64,000 nucleotides of DNA, taken from assembly GCA_951406725.2 (NCBI GenBank), contig OX597822.1:107818001-107882000 (forward strand), read 5' to 3'. This DNA comes from Octopus vulgaris. Taxonomy: Eukaryota. How positions within the stretch are numbered: position 1 is the first letter of the stretch; each line of letters begins with the position of its first letter. Position numbers and translations under genes: made by a program. Below are positions 1 to 13,365 of the stretch, in pieces. The notes beneath the pieces were generated by a model. The model saw only the letters and a list, made by a program, of their open reading frames with translations, ran no database searches and was not told the origin of the DNA.

Positions 1-158
1 TCTTCTCACACCGTCTTCGATGAAGGAATATAATAAATATCCTGGAAAAGGCAGTAAGACTTATTTATAAATATACTAAAATCTTCAGTCTTGGTTTTTA
101 TCTTATTCTGAAAAAAAATTGTATATACATATATATATATATATATATATACACATAA

Positions 159-213
<55 letters not shown>

Positions 214-239
214 CGTGTGTGTATATATATGTATGCATA

Positions 240-273
<34 letters not shown>

Positions 274-480
274 AATTAATGAAAACATGTTAGCAATGTT
301 ATGCCAAAACTTTTTCGAATATTTTACTCAAAAATTTTCTGAAAATTTTCACCGAAAATTTTACCCACAAATTTTTCAAAAATTTTCACCGAAAATTTTA
401 CCCAAAAATTTTTCGAAAATTTTCACCAAATATTGTTGAAAATTTTCCCCAAGAATTTTTCGAAAATTTTACCCCAAAAC

Positions 481-640
481 TCTCTATTTTGTATCTTATC
501 TAAATTAACTCTTGCTTAACCATCTTCTCACACCGTCTTCGATGAAGGAATATAATAAATATCCTGGAAACAGCAGTAAGACTTATTTATAAATATACTA
601 AAATCTTCAGTCTTGGTTTTTATCTTATTCTGAAAAAAAA
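481..640 (+). mobile_element. PLE 3'-end fragment amplified in the satellite, followed by (TA)n; other copies at 1-120, ~2951-3112 and ~6163-6325
   Basis: ttctcacaccgtcttcgatgaagga...tatcctggaaacagcagtaagactt is similar to the minus-strand PLE termini at 24830-24877 and 49737-49790 (ttctcacacgggctctgatgaagggata...tatcccagaaacagctgtaagact). Confidence 0.7.
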
Positions 641-679
641 TTGTATATACATATATATATATATATATATGTACACATA

Positions 680-731
<52 letters not shown>

Positions 732-757
732 CGTGTGTGTATATGTATGTATGCATA

Positions 758-802
<45 letters not shown>

Positions 803-849
803 TAATGAAAACATCTGTTTGCAATGTTATGCCATAAAAGAAAAGTATA

Positions 850-1298
850 GTCATTAAGGAAACTTGACTAAGGGTGTGAATAACACCTGCATTGCTAGCA
901 ATAGAATCTAAGATGCTCCAATGTTGTGACAAAGCACACAACGGGTATATGTTATGTACTTTATAACTACATTGGGAACATTTTAGCTCCTATTTATTGT
1001 AGTGTAGCATTAGTTGAAACTTCTTGAGACTGACATACATTGTCAGTTTTTTGCCAGATAGGTAAATCTAATAATACAATTTAATCATGGTGTTATTCAG
1101 TATATGAATGTATTCTGTGAATCAACACCTTTACGTCACAATCGTCATAATTCTAGTTGTAACTAATATCTATGTCGTCATTTTTGAGATGATCTAATGT
1201 TGAATGCTGTGAGGAAATGTTAAGTCTTCCATCCCTCACAAGTTATATTTAGCAGTTGTCTGTACAGTCTGGCATGTTTTGTTTAGTTAGAAGAGGCG
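850..1298. repeat. ~450-bp non-satellite block repeated three times inside the array
   Basis: gtcattaaggaaacttgactaaggg...ttagaagaggcga recurs near-identically at ~3573-4024 and ~6560-7008. Confidence 0.92.
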
Positions 1299-2067
1299 AT
1301 TTTCACCGAAAATTTTACCTAAAAATTTTCTGAAAATTTTCACCGAAAAATTTACCCAAAAATATTTCCAAAATTTTCACCGAAAGTTTTACCCAAAAAG
1401 TTTTCGAAAATTTTCACCAAAAGTTGATGAAAATTTTCCCCAAGAATTTTTCGAAAATTTTACTCAAAAATTTTTCGAAAATTTTCACCGAAAATTTTAC
1501 CTAAAAATTTTCTGAAAATTTTCACCGAAAAATTTACCCAAAGATTTTTCCAAAATTTTCACCGAAAGTTTTACCCAAAAATTTTTCGAAAATTTTACAC
1601 AAAAACTTTTTGAAAATTTTCACCCAAAAATTTTTAAAAAATTTTACCCAAAAATTTACCCAAAAATTAATCCAAAATTTTCACCGAAAAAAATTTTTCG
1701 AAAATTTTCACCGAAGATTTTACCAAAAACTTTTTTGAAAATTTTACCCAAAAATTTTTCGAAAATTTTCACCAAAAATTTTTTAAAATCTTCCTCTCAA
1801 GAAATTTTCGAAAATTGTCACCGAAAATTTTACCCAAAATCACAAAGTATGGAAGGCCATACTCTCCTTCAAAATTTTCTCGGTGAAAATTTTCGAAGAA
1901 TTTTTGAAGAATATTTTCGGCGAAAATTTTCGAATAATTTTCGAGGAAAATTTTCGGTAAAAATTACCGAAAACTTTTGGAGGAAAATTTCCTAAAAATT
2001 TTTCTGGAAAATTTTCCGTGAAAATTTTCGGAAAATTTTTTGTAAAATTTACGGTGAAAATTTTCCC

Positions 2068-2345
2068 CAAAGTATGGAAAACCAGCGGTGCCAAAATCAC
2101 AAAGTATGGAGAGCCAGGGGTGTTAAAATCATAAAGTATGGAGGGCCAGCGGTACCAAAATCACAAAGTATGGAACGCCATACACCCACAAACATTTTTT
2201 GGTGAAAATTTTCGAAAATTTCATCCAAAGTATGGAAAGCCAGCGGTGGTAAAATCATAAAGTATGGAGGGCCAGCGGTGCCAAGATCACAAAGTATGTA
2301 AGGCCAGTGGTGCCAAAATCACAAAGTATGGATGGCCATACGTCA
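2068..2345 (+). repeat. 32-bp minisatellite cluster (CACAAAGTATGGAGGGCCAGCGGTGCCAAAAT)
   Basis: Tandem units with 32-nt period (aaagtatgg at 2101 and 2133), interrupted once by satellite; a paralogous cluster lies at ~5335-5485. Confidence 0.9.
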
Positions 2346-2635
2346 CCAAAAATTTTTTCGGTGAAAATATTCGAAAAATTTTGGATAAAATTTTGTATAA
2401 AATTTCACCGAAAATTTTACCGAAAAATTTTTCGAAAATTTTCACCAAAAATTTTCGGAAAATATTCACCGAAAATTTTCCCTAAATATCTTTCGAAAAT
2501 TTTCACCGAATATTATACCCAAAAATTTTCCTAAAATTTTCCAAAAATTATCCCCAAAAATATTTCGAAAATTTGCCCCAAAAATATTTCAAAAATTTTC
2601 ACTGAAAAAGTTTTCCTAAAAATTTTACGAAACTT

Positions 2636-2735
2636 TTCATACTTTGTGATTTTGGCACCGCTGGCCTTCCATTCTTTGTAATTTTGGCACCACTGGCCCC
2701 CATAATTTGTGATTCTGGCACCGCCGACTTTCCAA
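2636..2735 (-). repeat. 32-bp minisatellite cluster, inverted orientation
   Basis: catactttgtgattttggcaccgctggcc is the reverse complement of the unit at 2068-2345; also at ~3492-3555 and ~5716-5845. Confidence 0.9.
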
Positions 2736-3151
2736 AATTTTTTTACAATTTCCACCGAAAATTTTACCCAAAAATTTACAATTTTTAGACTATTTTCCCC
2801 AGAAATTTTTCGAAAATTTTCACCGAAAATTTTACAAAAATATTTTCTGAAAATTTTCACCGAAAATTTTACCCAAAAATTTTTCGAAAATTTTCACCAA
2901 ATATTGTTGAAAATTTTCACCAAGAATTTTTCGAAAATTTTACCCTAAAACTCTCTATTTTGTATCTTATCTAAATTAACTCTTGCTTAACCATCTTCTC
3001 ACACCGTCTTCGATGAAGGAATATAATAAATATCCTGGAAAAGGCAGTAAGACTTATTTATAAATATACTAAAATCTTCAGTCTTGGTTTTTATCTTATT
3101 CTGAAAAAAAATTGTATATACATATATATATATATATATATATACACATAA

Positions 3152-3196
<45 letters not shown>

Positions 3197-3222
3197 CGTG
3201 TGTGTATATATATGTATGCATA

Positions 3223-3256
<34 letters not shown>

Positions 3257-6200
3257 AATTAATGAAAACATGTTAGCAATGTTATGCCAAAACTTTTTCG
3301 AATATTTTACTCAAAAATTTTCTGAAAATTTTCACCGAAAATTTTACCCACAAATTTTTCAAAAATTTTCACCGAAAATTTTACCCAAAAATTTTTCGAA
3401 AATTTTCACCAAATATTGTTGAAAATTTTCCCCAAAAATTTTTGGAAAATTTTACACTGGAAAAGTTTTCCTAAAAATTTTACGAAACTTTTCATACTTT
3501 GTGATTTTGGCACCACTGGCCTTCCATTCTTTGTGATTTTGGCACCGCTGGCCAAAAGTCATTAGTCATTATAGTCATTAAGGAAACTTGACTAAGGGTG
3601 TGAATAACACCTGCATTGCTAGCAATAGAAGCTAAAATGCTCCAATGTTGTGACAAAGCACACAACGGGTATATGTTATGTACTTTATAACTACATTGGA
3701 ACATTTTAGCTCCTATTTATTGTAGTGTAGCATTAGTTGAAACTTCTTGAGACTGACATACATTGTCAGTTTTTTGCCAGATAGGTAAATCTAATAATAC
3801 AATTTAATCATGGTGTTATTCAGTGTATATGAATGTATTCTGTGAATCAACACCTTTACGTCACAATCGTCATAATTCTAGTTGTAACTAATATCTATGT
3901 CGTCATTTTTGAGATGATCTAATGTTGAATGCTGAGAGGAAATGTTAAGTCTTCCATCCCTCACAAGTTATATTTACCAGTTGTCTGTACAGTCTGGCAT
4001 GTTTTGTTTAGTTAGAAGAGGCGATTTTCACCGAAAATTTTACCTAAAAATTTTCTGAAAATTTTCACCCAAAAATTTACCCAAAAACTTTTACAAAATT
4101 TTCACCGAAAATTTTACCCGAAAATTTTTCGAAAATTTTGACCAAAAATTGTTGAAAATTTTCCCAAGAATTTTTCGAAAATTTTACTCAAAAATTTTTC
4201 GAAAATTTTCACCTAAAATTTTACCTAAAAATTTTCTGAAAATTTTCACCGAAAAATTTACCCAAAAATCTTTCCAAAATTTTCACCGAAAGTTTTACCC
4301 AAAATTTTTCGAAAATTTTCACCAAAAATTGATGAAAAATTTCCGCAGAACTTTTCGAAAATTTTACTCAAAAATTTTTCGAAAATTTTCACCGAAAATT
4401 TTACCTAAAACTTTTCTGAGAATTTTCACCGAAAAATTTACCCAAAAATTTTTCCAAAATTTTCACCGAAAGTTTTACCCAAAAATTTTTCGAAAATTTT
4501 ACCCAAATACTTTTTGAAAATTTTCACCCAAAAATTTACCCAAAAATTAATCCAAAATTTTCACCGAAAATTTTACCCAAAAATTTTTTGAAAATTTTCA
4601 CCGAAAATTTTACCTAAAAATTTTCTGAAAATTTTCACCGAAAAATTTACCCAAAAATCTTTCCAAAATTTTCACTGAAAGTTTTACCCAAAAATTTTTC
4701 GAAAATTTTCACCAAAAGTTGATGAAAATTTTCCCAAAATTTTTCGAAAATTTTACTCAAAAATTTTTCGAAAATTTTCACATAAAATTTTACCTAAAAA
4801 TTTTCTGAAAATTTTTACCGAAAAATTTACCCCAAAATTTTTCCAAAATTTTCACCGAAAGTTTTACCCCAAAATTTTTCGAAAATTTTACCCAAAAATT
4901 GTCACCAGCAATTTTTCGAAAATTTTTGCCGAAAATTTCCCTAAAAAATTTTTGAAAAATCTTCCCCAAAAATTTTCGAAAATTTTCATCAAAAATTTTA
5001 CCCAAAAATTGTCACCAGCAATTTTTCGAAAATTTTTGCCGAAAATTTCCCAAAAAATTTTTGAAAAATTTTCCCCAAAAAATTTTCGAAAATTTTCATC
5101 AAAAATTTTACCCAGAAATTGTCACCAACAATTTTTCGCAAAATTTTGCCGAAAATTTTACCCAGAAATTTTTCGAAAAATTTTTCGGTAAAATTTTCGG
5201 TGAAAATTTTCGAAAAATTTCTGGGTAAAATTTTCGGCAAAACGTAAATTAATACCCAAAAACTTAAATTAATAACCCAAAATACCCAAAAATTAATCCA
5301 AATTTTTTAGGTGAAAATTTTCGAAAATTTCATCCAAAGTATTGAAAGCCAGCGGTGGTAAAATCATAAAGTATGGAGGGCCAGCGGTGCCAAGATCACA
5401 AAGTATGTAAGGCCAGTGGTGGCAAAATCATAAAGAATGGAAGGCCAGTGGTGTTAATCACAAAGTATGGATGGCCATACGTCACCAAAAATTTTTTCGG
5501 TGAAAATATTCGAAAAATTTTGGATAAAATTTTCTATTAAATTTCACCGAAAATTTTACCGAAAAAATTTTTCGAAAATTTTCACCGAAAATTATACCCA
5601 AAAATTTTACGAAAATTTTCCGAAAATTATCCCCAAAAATATTTCGAAAATTTGCCCCAAAAATATTTCAAAAATTTTCACTGAAAAAGTTTTCCTAAAA
5701 ATTTTACGAAACTTTTCATACTTTGTGATTTTGGCCCCGCTGGCCTTCCATTCTTTGTGATTTTGGCACCGCTGGCCTTCCATACTTTGTGATTTTGGCA
5801 CCCCTGGCCCTCATAATTTGTGATTCTGGCACCGCCGACTTTCCAAAATTTTTAGACAATTTCCACCGAAAATTTTACCCAAAAATTTTCAACAATTTTT
5901 GGACTATTTTACCCAGAAATTTTTCGAAAATTTTCACCGAAAATTTTACAAAAATATTTTCTGAAAATTTTCACCGAAAATTTTACCCAAAAATTTTTCG
6001 AAAATTTTACTCAAAAATTTTCTAAAAATTTTCACCGAAAATTTTACCCAAAAGTTTTTCAAAAATTTTCACCGAAAATTTTACCCAAAACTTTTTCGAA
6101 AATTTTCACCAAATATTGTTGAAAATTTTCCCCAAGAATTTTTCGAAAATTTTACCCCAAAACTCTCTATTTTGTATCTTATCTAAATTAACTCTTGCTT

Positions 6201-6360
6201 AACCATCTTCTCACACCGTCTTCGACGAAGGAATATAATAAATATCCTGGAAACAGCAGTAAGACTTATTTATAAATATACTAAAATCTTCAGTCTTGGT
6301 TTTTATCTTATTCTGAAAAAAAATTGTATATACATATATATATATATATATATACACATA

Positions 6361-6439
<79 letters not shown>

Positions 6440-8951
6440 TGTGTGTATATGTATGTATGCATATGTATATGTGTATATATATATATATCTATATATATAT
6501 ATATATATAAATTAATGAAAACATCTGTATGCAATGTTATGCCATAAAAGAAAAGTATAGTCATTAAGGAAACTTGACTAAGGGTGTGAATAATACCTGC
6601 ATTGCTAGCAATAGAAGCTAAAATGCTCCAATGTTGTGACAAAGCACACAACCGGTATATGTTATGTACTTTATAACTACATTGGAACATTTTAGCTCCT
6701 ATTTATTGTAGTGTAGCATTAGTTGAAACTTCTTGAGACTGACATACATTGTCAGTTTTTTGCTAGATAGGTAAATCTAATAATACAATTTAATCATGGT
6801 GTTATTCAGTATATGAATGTATTCTGTGAATCAACACCTTTACGTCACAATCGTCATAATTCTAGTTGTAACTAATATCTATGTCGTCATTTTTGAGATG
6901 ATCTAATGTTGAATGCTGAGAGGAAATGTTAAGTCTTCCATCCCTCACAAGTTATATTTACCAGTTGTCTGTACAGTCTGGCATGTTTTGTTTAGTTAGA
7001 AGAGGCGATTTTCACCGAAAATTTTACCTAAAAATTTTCTGAAAATTTTCACCGAAAAATTTACCCAAAACTCTTTCCAAAATTTTCACCGAAAGTTTTA
7101 CCCAAAAATTTTTCGAAAATTTTCACCAAAAATTGATGAAAATTTTCCCCAAGAATTTTTCGAAAATTTTACTCAAAAATTTCTCGAAAATTTTCACCGA
7201 AAATTTTACCTAAAACTTTTCTGAAAATTTTCACCGAAAAATTTACCCAAAAATTTTTTCAAAATTTTCACCGAAAGTTTTACCCAAAAACTTTTCGAAA
7301 ATTTTACCCAAAAACTTTTTGAAAATTTTCACCTAAAAATTTACCCAAAAATAATCCAAAATTTTCACCGAAAATTTTACCCAAAAATTTTTTGAAAATT
7401 TTCACCGAAAATTTTACCTAAAAATTTTCTGAAAATTTTCACCGAAAAATTTACCCAAAAATCTTTCCAAAATTTTCACCGAAAGTTTTACACAAAAATT
7501 TTTCGAAAATTTTCACCAAAAGTTGATGAGAATTTTCCCCAAGAATTTTTCGAAAATTTTACTCAAAAATTTTTCGAAAATTTTCACCGAAAATTTTAAC
7601 TAAAAATTTTCTGAAAATTTTCACCGAAAAATTTACCCAAAAATTTTTCCAAAATTTTCACCGAAAGTTTTACCCCAAAATTTTTCGAAAATTTTACCCA
7701 AAAACTTTTTGAAAATTTTCACCCAAAAACTTTTTGAAAATATTCACCCAAAAATTTACCCAAAAATTAATCCAAAATTTTTACCGAAAATTTTACCCAA
7801 AAAGTTTTCGAAAATGTTCACCAAAAATTGGTGACAATTTTCCTCAAGAATTTTTCGAAAATTTTCACCGGAAATATTACCCAAAAATTTTTTGAATAAT
7901 TTTCAACGAAAATTTACCAAAAAATTTTCCGATAATTTTCACCGAAAATTTTACCCAAAAATTGTCACCAGCAATTTTTCGAAAATTTTTGCCGAAAATT
8001 TCCCCAAAAAATTTTTGAACAATTTTCTCCAAATAATTTTCGAAACTTTTCATCAAAAATTTTACCCAGAAATTGTCACCAACAATTTTTCGCAAAGTTT
8101 TGCCGAAAATTTTACCCAGAAATTTTTCGAAAATTTTCACCGAAAATTTTACCGAAAAATTTTTGAAAATTTTCCCAAAAATTTTTGGAAAATTTTTACC
8201 GAAACTTTTACCCAATTTATTCTTCAAATTTTCACCGAAAAATTTACCCAAAAATGTTTTCAAAATTTTCACTGAAAATTTTACCCAAAAAATTTTTCGA
8301 AAATTTTCACCAAAAATTACTGAAAATTTTCCACAAGAATTTTTCGAAAATTTTACCCAAAAATATTTCGACAATTTTCACCGAAAATATTACCCAAAAA
8401 TTTTCAGATAATTTTCAACGAGAATTTTACCCAAAAATTTTCCGATAATTTATCAACGAAAATTCTACCCAAAAATTGTCACGAACAATTTAAAAAAAAT
8501 TTTGCCGAAAATTTCCCCCAAAAATTTTTCAAAAATTTCCCCAAAAAATTTTCGAAAATTTTCACCAAAAGCTTAACCAAAAAATTTTGGAAAATTTTCA
8601 CCAAAAATTTTTCCCAGAAATTGTCACCAACAATTTTTCACAAATTTTAGCCGAAAATTTTACCTAGAAATTTTTCGAAAATTTTCACCGAAAATTTTAC
8701 CGAAAAATTTTCTTAAAATTTTCACCGAAAATTTTATCCAAAAATTTTACCCAAATATTTCCGAAAAATTTTTCAGCGAAACTTTCATTGAAAATTTTCT
8801 ATAAATGTTTGGGTAAAAGTTTCATTGAAAATTTTTGGAAAAATTTTGTGCAAAACTTTCGAAAAATTTTGGTGAAAATTGTCGGTGAAAATTTTCGAAA
8901 AATTTTAGGTGAAAATTTTTCAAAAGTTTTTGGGTAAAATTTTCGGTGAAC

Positions 8952-9068
8952 ATCTTCACAAGGCCTTGGTCGGCTATAGTAGAAGACACTTGCCCAAGGT
9001 GCTACGCAATGGGACTAAACCATGTGGTTGGTAAGCAAGCTACTTTCCACACAGCCACTCCTACGCCT
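8952..9068 (-). mobile_element. tRNA-derived SINE family A, 5' part, bordering the satellite
   Basis: Reverse complement of ggcgtaggagtggctgtgtgg...ccttgggcaagtgtcttctactatagcc, shared with the copies at 11673 and 59809. Confidence 0.85.
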
Positions 9069-10559
9069 ATGTGTCAACTATTTCTTAAAGAAGACTAGTA
9101 GAGAACCTTTTCTCACTGGCTCGAAATATTGGTCTGCTGCTCTGTCTCACTCAAATATAAAAGCAAAGGACATCTTGGATAATATAGCTTTAGAGAGGTT
9201 CAATGACCATAGCTGTTATACTTTTAATCTTATAGTGATTCTGCTTGTCTTTCTGAAGCTTAGCCCGTCGATAACGCTTTCACGTGATTAGAGAAGAAGA
9301 GGGTGAAAGGAAAGAGGGAGAGAAAAGCGTCCATGAATTGTGTTAGAGGGAATGTAACACTTTCACGAGATTTAGCTGAAGGGAAAGAGAGGAGAAAGAA
9401 AAAGGAGAGAGAAAAGGGGTTAATGTGGAAAATGAGACAAAAAGAGGGAGAAAGAAAAGAAGGAGAGAGAAAAAGACGGAGAGAAAAAAGAGGGAGAGAA
9501 AAGCGTTCATGACGTGAGGTAGGCAGAACCTGGTATTTATTACATGGTTTAAAAAGATTAGTTGAAGGTAGTGATGATGCAGAGGAGGAGAGTTAAAAAT
9601 ATAATTTCAGCAGAGGTAGGATGTTCTGATGGTGAGGTCAAAGAAAGGAAGAGAGAGACGAAGAGAAAGGGGAAGGGAGAGAGGGGAGGGGATAGGAGAG
9701 AGACGAGGGGGGAGAGACAGTAAGAGATTATGGTGGTGGTGGTGGAGATAGAGGTGGTTCTGGTGGAGTTGGTGGTGGTGGTGGTGATTGAATAGCGAAA
9801 AGTGTTTTTTTTAAAATTGAACTAAATTTTTTATATCACCAATCCCTGAACGCATGCGTTCAAATGCAATTCTGTGAAATATTTACGCTTATTTACGTGG
9901 CAGAATATATGCAATTTATCTAAAGGTTGTATCATATGTATGAGATATTTTTCTTTTTTTTTTGTTTATGGGGAAAATGGAAAAATAACAGTGAATATTT
10001 ATTTTATGAGTGTTGTGTATTAAGTCTATAAAATTGTGCATAAAGTATATAAAGTGTATATATAAAGTCCAATAAGTAATCATCGCATTCCAATTTCTTT
10101 CACTTTTCAATGAGTAGCAGATGAGCCACTAATCTTTCCAGACACAACACTGGCTACGCTTTCAGGTTTTTTTAAATAAAGTTTTCATAAATAACTATTA
10201 ACTCGTGAAATAGTCACAGGTCTCGCTAATTATAATTATTCGGTCTACTCAATGATAACGACAACAACAACAACAGAATTATTCACTTCCAAATAATTGT
10301 TTTTGCTAAACCACATGATACACTCACACCAGTATATTTATATATACCTTCAGACACATGCATACGTATACACACACATGTGCATACGTATCTAGTATCT
10401 AAGTTCACATATACATTGGGGGTGGGATTAGTGAAATGGTAGTGTACCTCCGAGGGTTGTTCTTCTTTTCAACGATCGAATCATTGAAAGTGTCGGTGTC
10501 ATCTACCTCTATTTATATATATGCATCTTCTTTAAAAACAAAGAGAGAATCCAGTTATT

Positions 10560-11010
10560 GGGGGTGGGTAAAATATCATTTTTGTGTGTGTTTAGTAGTG
10601 GTTTGTCCTTTCTAATGAAGAATTCTTTTTTACATTTCCTAAAATGCTCATTGTCCGACTATAACTTAAAGAAGGGGAAGATTGTGAATTTTCCCTTTCC
10701 GCATGATGCGAAGGGTTCACTGCAAGTGGTGTTTCTGACAGAGGGGTCTCTAATTTGTTGTTTATGTACACGAACTCTGTCATGCAGTCCCGTTCCGGTT
10801 TCACCAATGTAGTGTTCTTTACATTGTAGGCAAGTTGCACAGTATTTTTTTTTTTTTGCAATTAATGTTTGCATTAACTTTGAAAATCTCATTTTTTTTA
10901 AAGTAGATTTGTCCACCTTCTTCAATATATTCACAAGTTTCGCATCAAGAGTCCCCGCATTTCAATGTTGGACGTACATTTCGCCTTGGTGAGTAGTGTT
11001 TTTAGATTGA
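10560..11010 (-). pseudogene. Degenerate PLE GIY-YIG endonuclease region
   Basis: Minus ORF 10659..10934 contains CLQCKEHYIGETGTGLHDRVRVHKQQIRDP...FTIFPFFKL, matching CSGCHQDYVGSTGLSLRRRCTLHRQQI...FLIFPFY of the PLE at 34-35 kb. Confidence 0.85.
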
Positions 11011-11672
11011 AAGCCACCAAACAATATCTCCCAATTCTCCAGCAATCCCCCAAAATGAATGCACTCATAAAAGACTCACAAATAATATACAGCAGACGCT
11101 AAGTACCCAACATAACCAATACATGAAAAATACATTTCTATCAACAAACATTACAAAACTAACCTTATTTTTTTTCTCTCTGCTATCATTCCCTTTTTAT
11201 CAAAAGGCATGTATCTAACAATTCATTACCTCTCCCCCCAGACACACATCTAAACTCATCTTTAACATAGAGAATTACTGAAGCTTCTCTTTATGAAATT
11301 GAGATAGTTGATTCAGCCATAAAAAAAGTTTGAGAAACATCTGACCATTATATTTTTCACCAATGGTCAACTATCCAAATGGAACAATCAGGAGGGGAAT
11401 TTCTTAAGCCCTTCATAAAACACTCATTAAACACCCCCATCACCTCCTAACTCCACTCTCAATCAATTATCTTGTTTTTACCATTCACTATTGTCTTGCA
11501 GCCCTGATTCACCAACACACTTTCATTCTCGCACTTGTTATTAACAAACCCCAACCCCACTGCAGACACACCCAAATCTCTTATATATAGAATCACACAG
11601 CACAACACAACCTGAAAATCAGTTTGAGAGCCGCCACCGACGAATGCGACAAATTTCTCCAGATAAGTTAAC

Positions 11673-12110
11673 AAGGTGTAGGAGTGGCTTTGTGGTAAGT
11701 AGCTTGCTTACTAACCACATGGTTCTGGGTTCAGTCCCACTACATGGCATCTTGGTCAAGCGTCTTCTACTATAACCTCGGGCCGACCAAAGCCTTGTGA
11801 GTGGATTTGGTAGATGGAAACTGAAAAAAGCCCGTCGTATATATATATATATATATAAAGATATATATATATGTGTGCGTGAGTGTGTATATGTTTGTGT
11901 GTCTGTGTTTGTCCCCACTACCAATATCGCTTGACAACCGATTCTGGTGTGTTTACGCACGCGTAACTTGGCAGTTCTGCAAAAGAGAACGATAGAATAA
12001 ATACTAGGATTACAAAGAATAAGTCCTGGGGGTCGATTTGCTCGAATAAAGGTGGTGCTCCAGCATGGCCGCAGTCACATGACTGAAACAAGTAAAAGAA
12101 TAAAAAGAGT
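11673..12110 (+). mobile_element. tRNA-derived SINE family A, near full length, with internal (TA)n/(TG)n
   Basis: A-box-like tggctttgtgg, B-box-like gggttcagtccc, core cttggtcaagcgtcttctactata and tail ...gactgaaacaagtaaaagaat; homologous to 59809-60225. Confidence 0.9.
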
Positions 12111-12350
12111 AAGAGTGAGGTATCTTTAAAAAACCTCCCCAGAGATCTACAAACCAAACTGTAAAATTATATTATTAACACTTAAACTGATTAGAACTTC
12201 CAATGAAGTCATTCTTTTTCTTTTTCCAAATATACCAAACTGTACCAAGGATCTCACACATTTTCCGATTTATATGTGTGTGTGTGTGTGTGTGTGTACG
12301 CGCGCGTGTGTGCGTGTGTGTGTGTGTGTCTTTGAAATTGGCTGATAGTT

Positions 12351-12392
<42 letters not shown>

Positions 12393-12507
12393 AGGCGTCA
12401 AGCTGAAAGAATCTTTATTTTTATTTTGAACAGTCCGGGTTCGATTTAAGGCAGCGACCACTTATACCATCTGCTGATGATAACTTTGAACATAAGTATT
12501 ACAAGAA

Positions 12508-12715
12508 GCAGCGAACTAGCAGAATTGTAACCACGCCGGACAAAATGCTAAGGGGAATTTCTCCCGGTTCATTCTGAGTTCAAGGTTCGCCGAGGTCATT
12601 TTTTTCCATCCCTTCTGGTGTCAATAAAATAAAGTACCAGTGAAAAACAGGGGTCAATCTAATCGGCTAAAACCCGCCCCAAATTTTAGGCTTTTTACCT
12701 GTATTAAAAAAGAAA
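12508..12715 (+). mobile_element. SINE family B, diverged
   Basis: gcgaactagcagaa...ttctgagttcaag...catcccttctggtgtcaataaaataaagtaccag resembles 21322-21557. Confidence 0.65.
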
Positions 12716-13099
12716 CATTATTGTTGTTTTTTAAGGCAACAACCTAGCAGAATCGTTAACACAACGACGGGATAATGGGCTGGTCGAAAGGGGGCGAGAG
12801 ATGTAAAATAAAAATTCAAAATAATGGGTTAATCAGGTTAAGTGTTATTTGTGAAATACAGTTGTTTTGAATTTGCCGCAGAAAGGGGTCTATATTTGTG
12901 GTGATGAGTGGTGGGGAGAGCTAGGAATGTGGGCCTGGTGCCAAGGAGACAGCAGCCCGAAAATGTTTGGAGCCACAAGCTTATAATTGATCTCTCTTTA
13001 GTAAAGCAGCATTTGAACCTGGCACGAGCAACCTTTTCCGAGAAGCGAGCTGCATGAGATATGGCTTGTCATCAGGCGAACAGGCAAAGTAGAGACCCC

Positions 13100-13365
13100 G
13101 CTGAATGATGGTGGTGATCCCTGCTGTACTCTTTCACCACAACTTTCTCTCACTCTTTCTTCCTGTTTCTGTTGTACCTGTATTTCAAAGGGCCGGCCTT
13201 GTCACTCCCTGTGTCACGCTGAATATCCCCGAGAACTACGTTAAGGGTACACGTGTCTGTGGAGTGCTCAGCCACTTACACGTTAATTTCACGAGCAGGC
13301 TGTTCCGTTGGTTGGATCAACCGGAACCCTCATCGTCGTAACCGACGGAGTGCTTCCATCCATCC
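13100..13365 (+). mobile_element. Probable 3' end of a non-LTR retroelement or SINE
   Basis: GC-richer island ending in ccatccatcc; resembles a common octopus interspersed repeat from memory only, single copy in this window. Confidence 0.4.

Larger units (their letters stand above)
1..8950. repeat. Complex AT-rich satellite array with higher-order structure, open at the left window edge
   Basis: Hundreds of ~12-13 bp variants of GAAAATTTTCACC / GAAAATTTTACCC / AAAAATTTTTC at about 305-480, 1297-2950, 3290-3490, 4024-6160 and 7007-8950, interleaved with recurring non-satellite blocks. The K/F/I-rich ORFs here are satellite translations. Confidence 0.95.

Noticed and set aside
2068-5845. 32-bp repeats as a CRISPR array
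   Set aside because: Units are directly tandem without unique spacers, occur in both orientations, and there are no cas genes in this eukaryotic context.
1735-8448. Many K/F/I/N-rich ORFs on both strands
   Set aside because: They are translations of the satellite, which is poor in stop codons in several frames.
10115-10170. cagatga-gcca...tggc resembling a hammerhead
   Set aside because: The core is altered and no GAAA or stem III follows.
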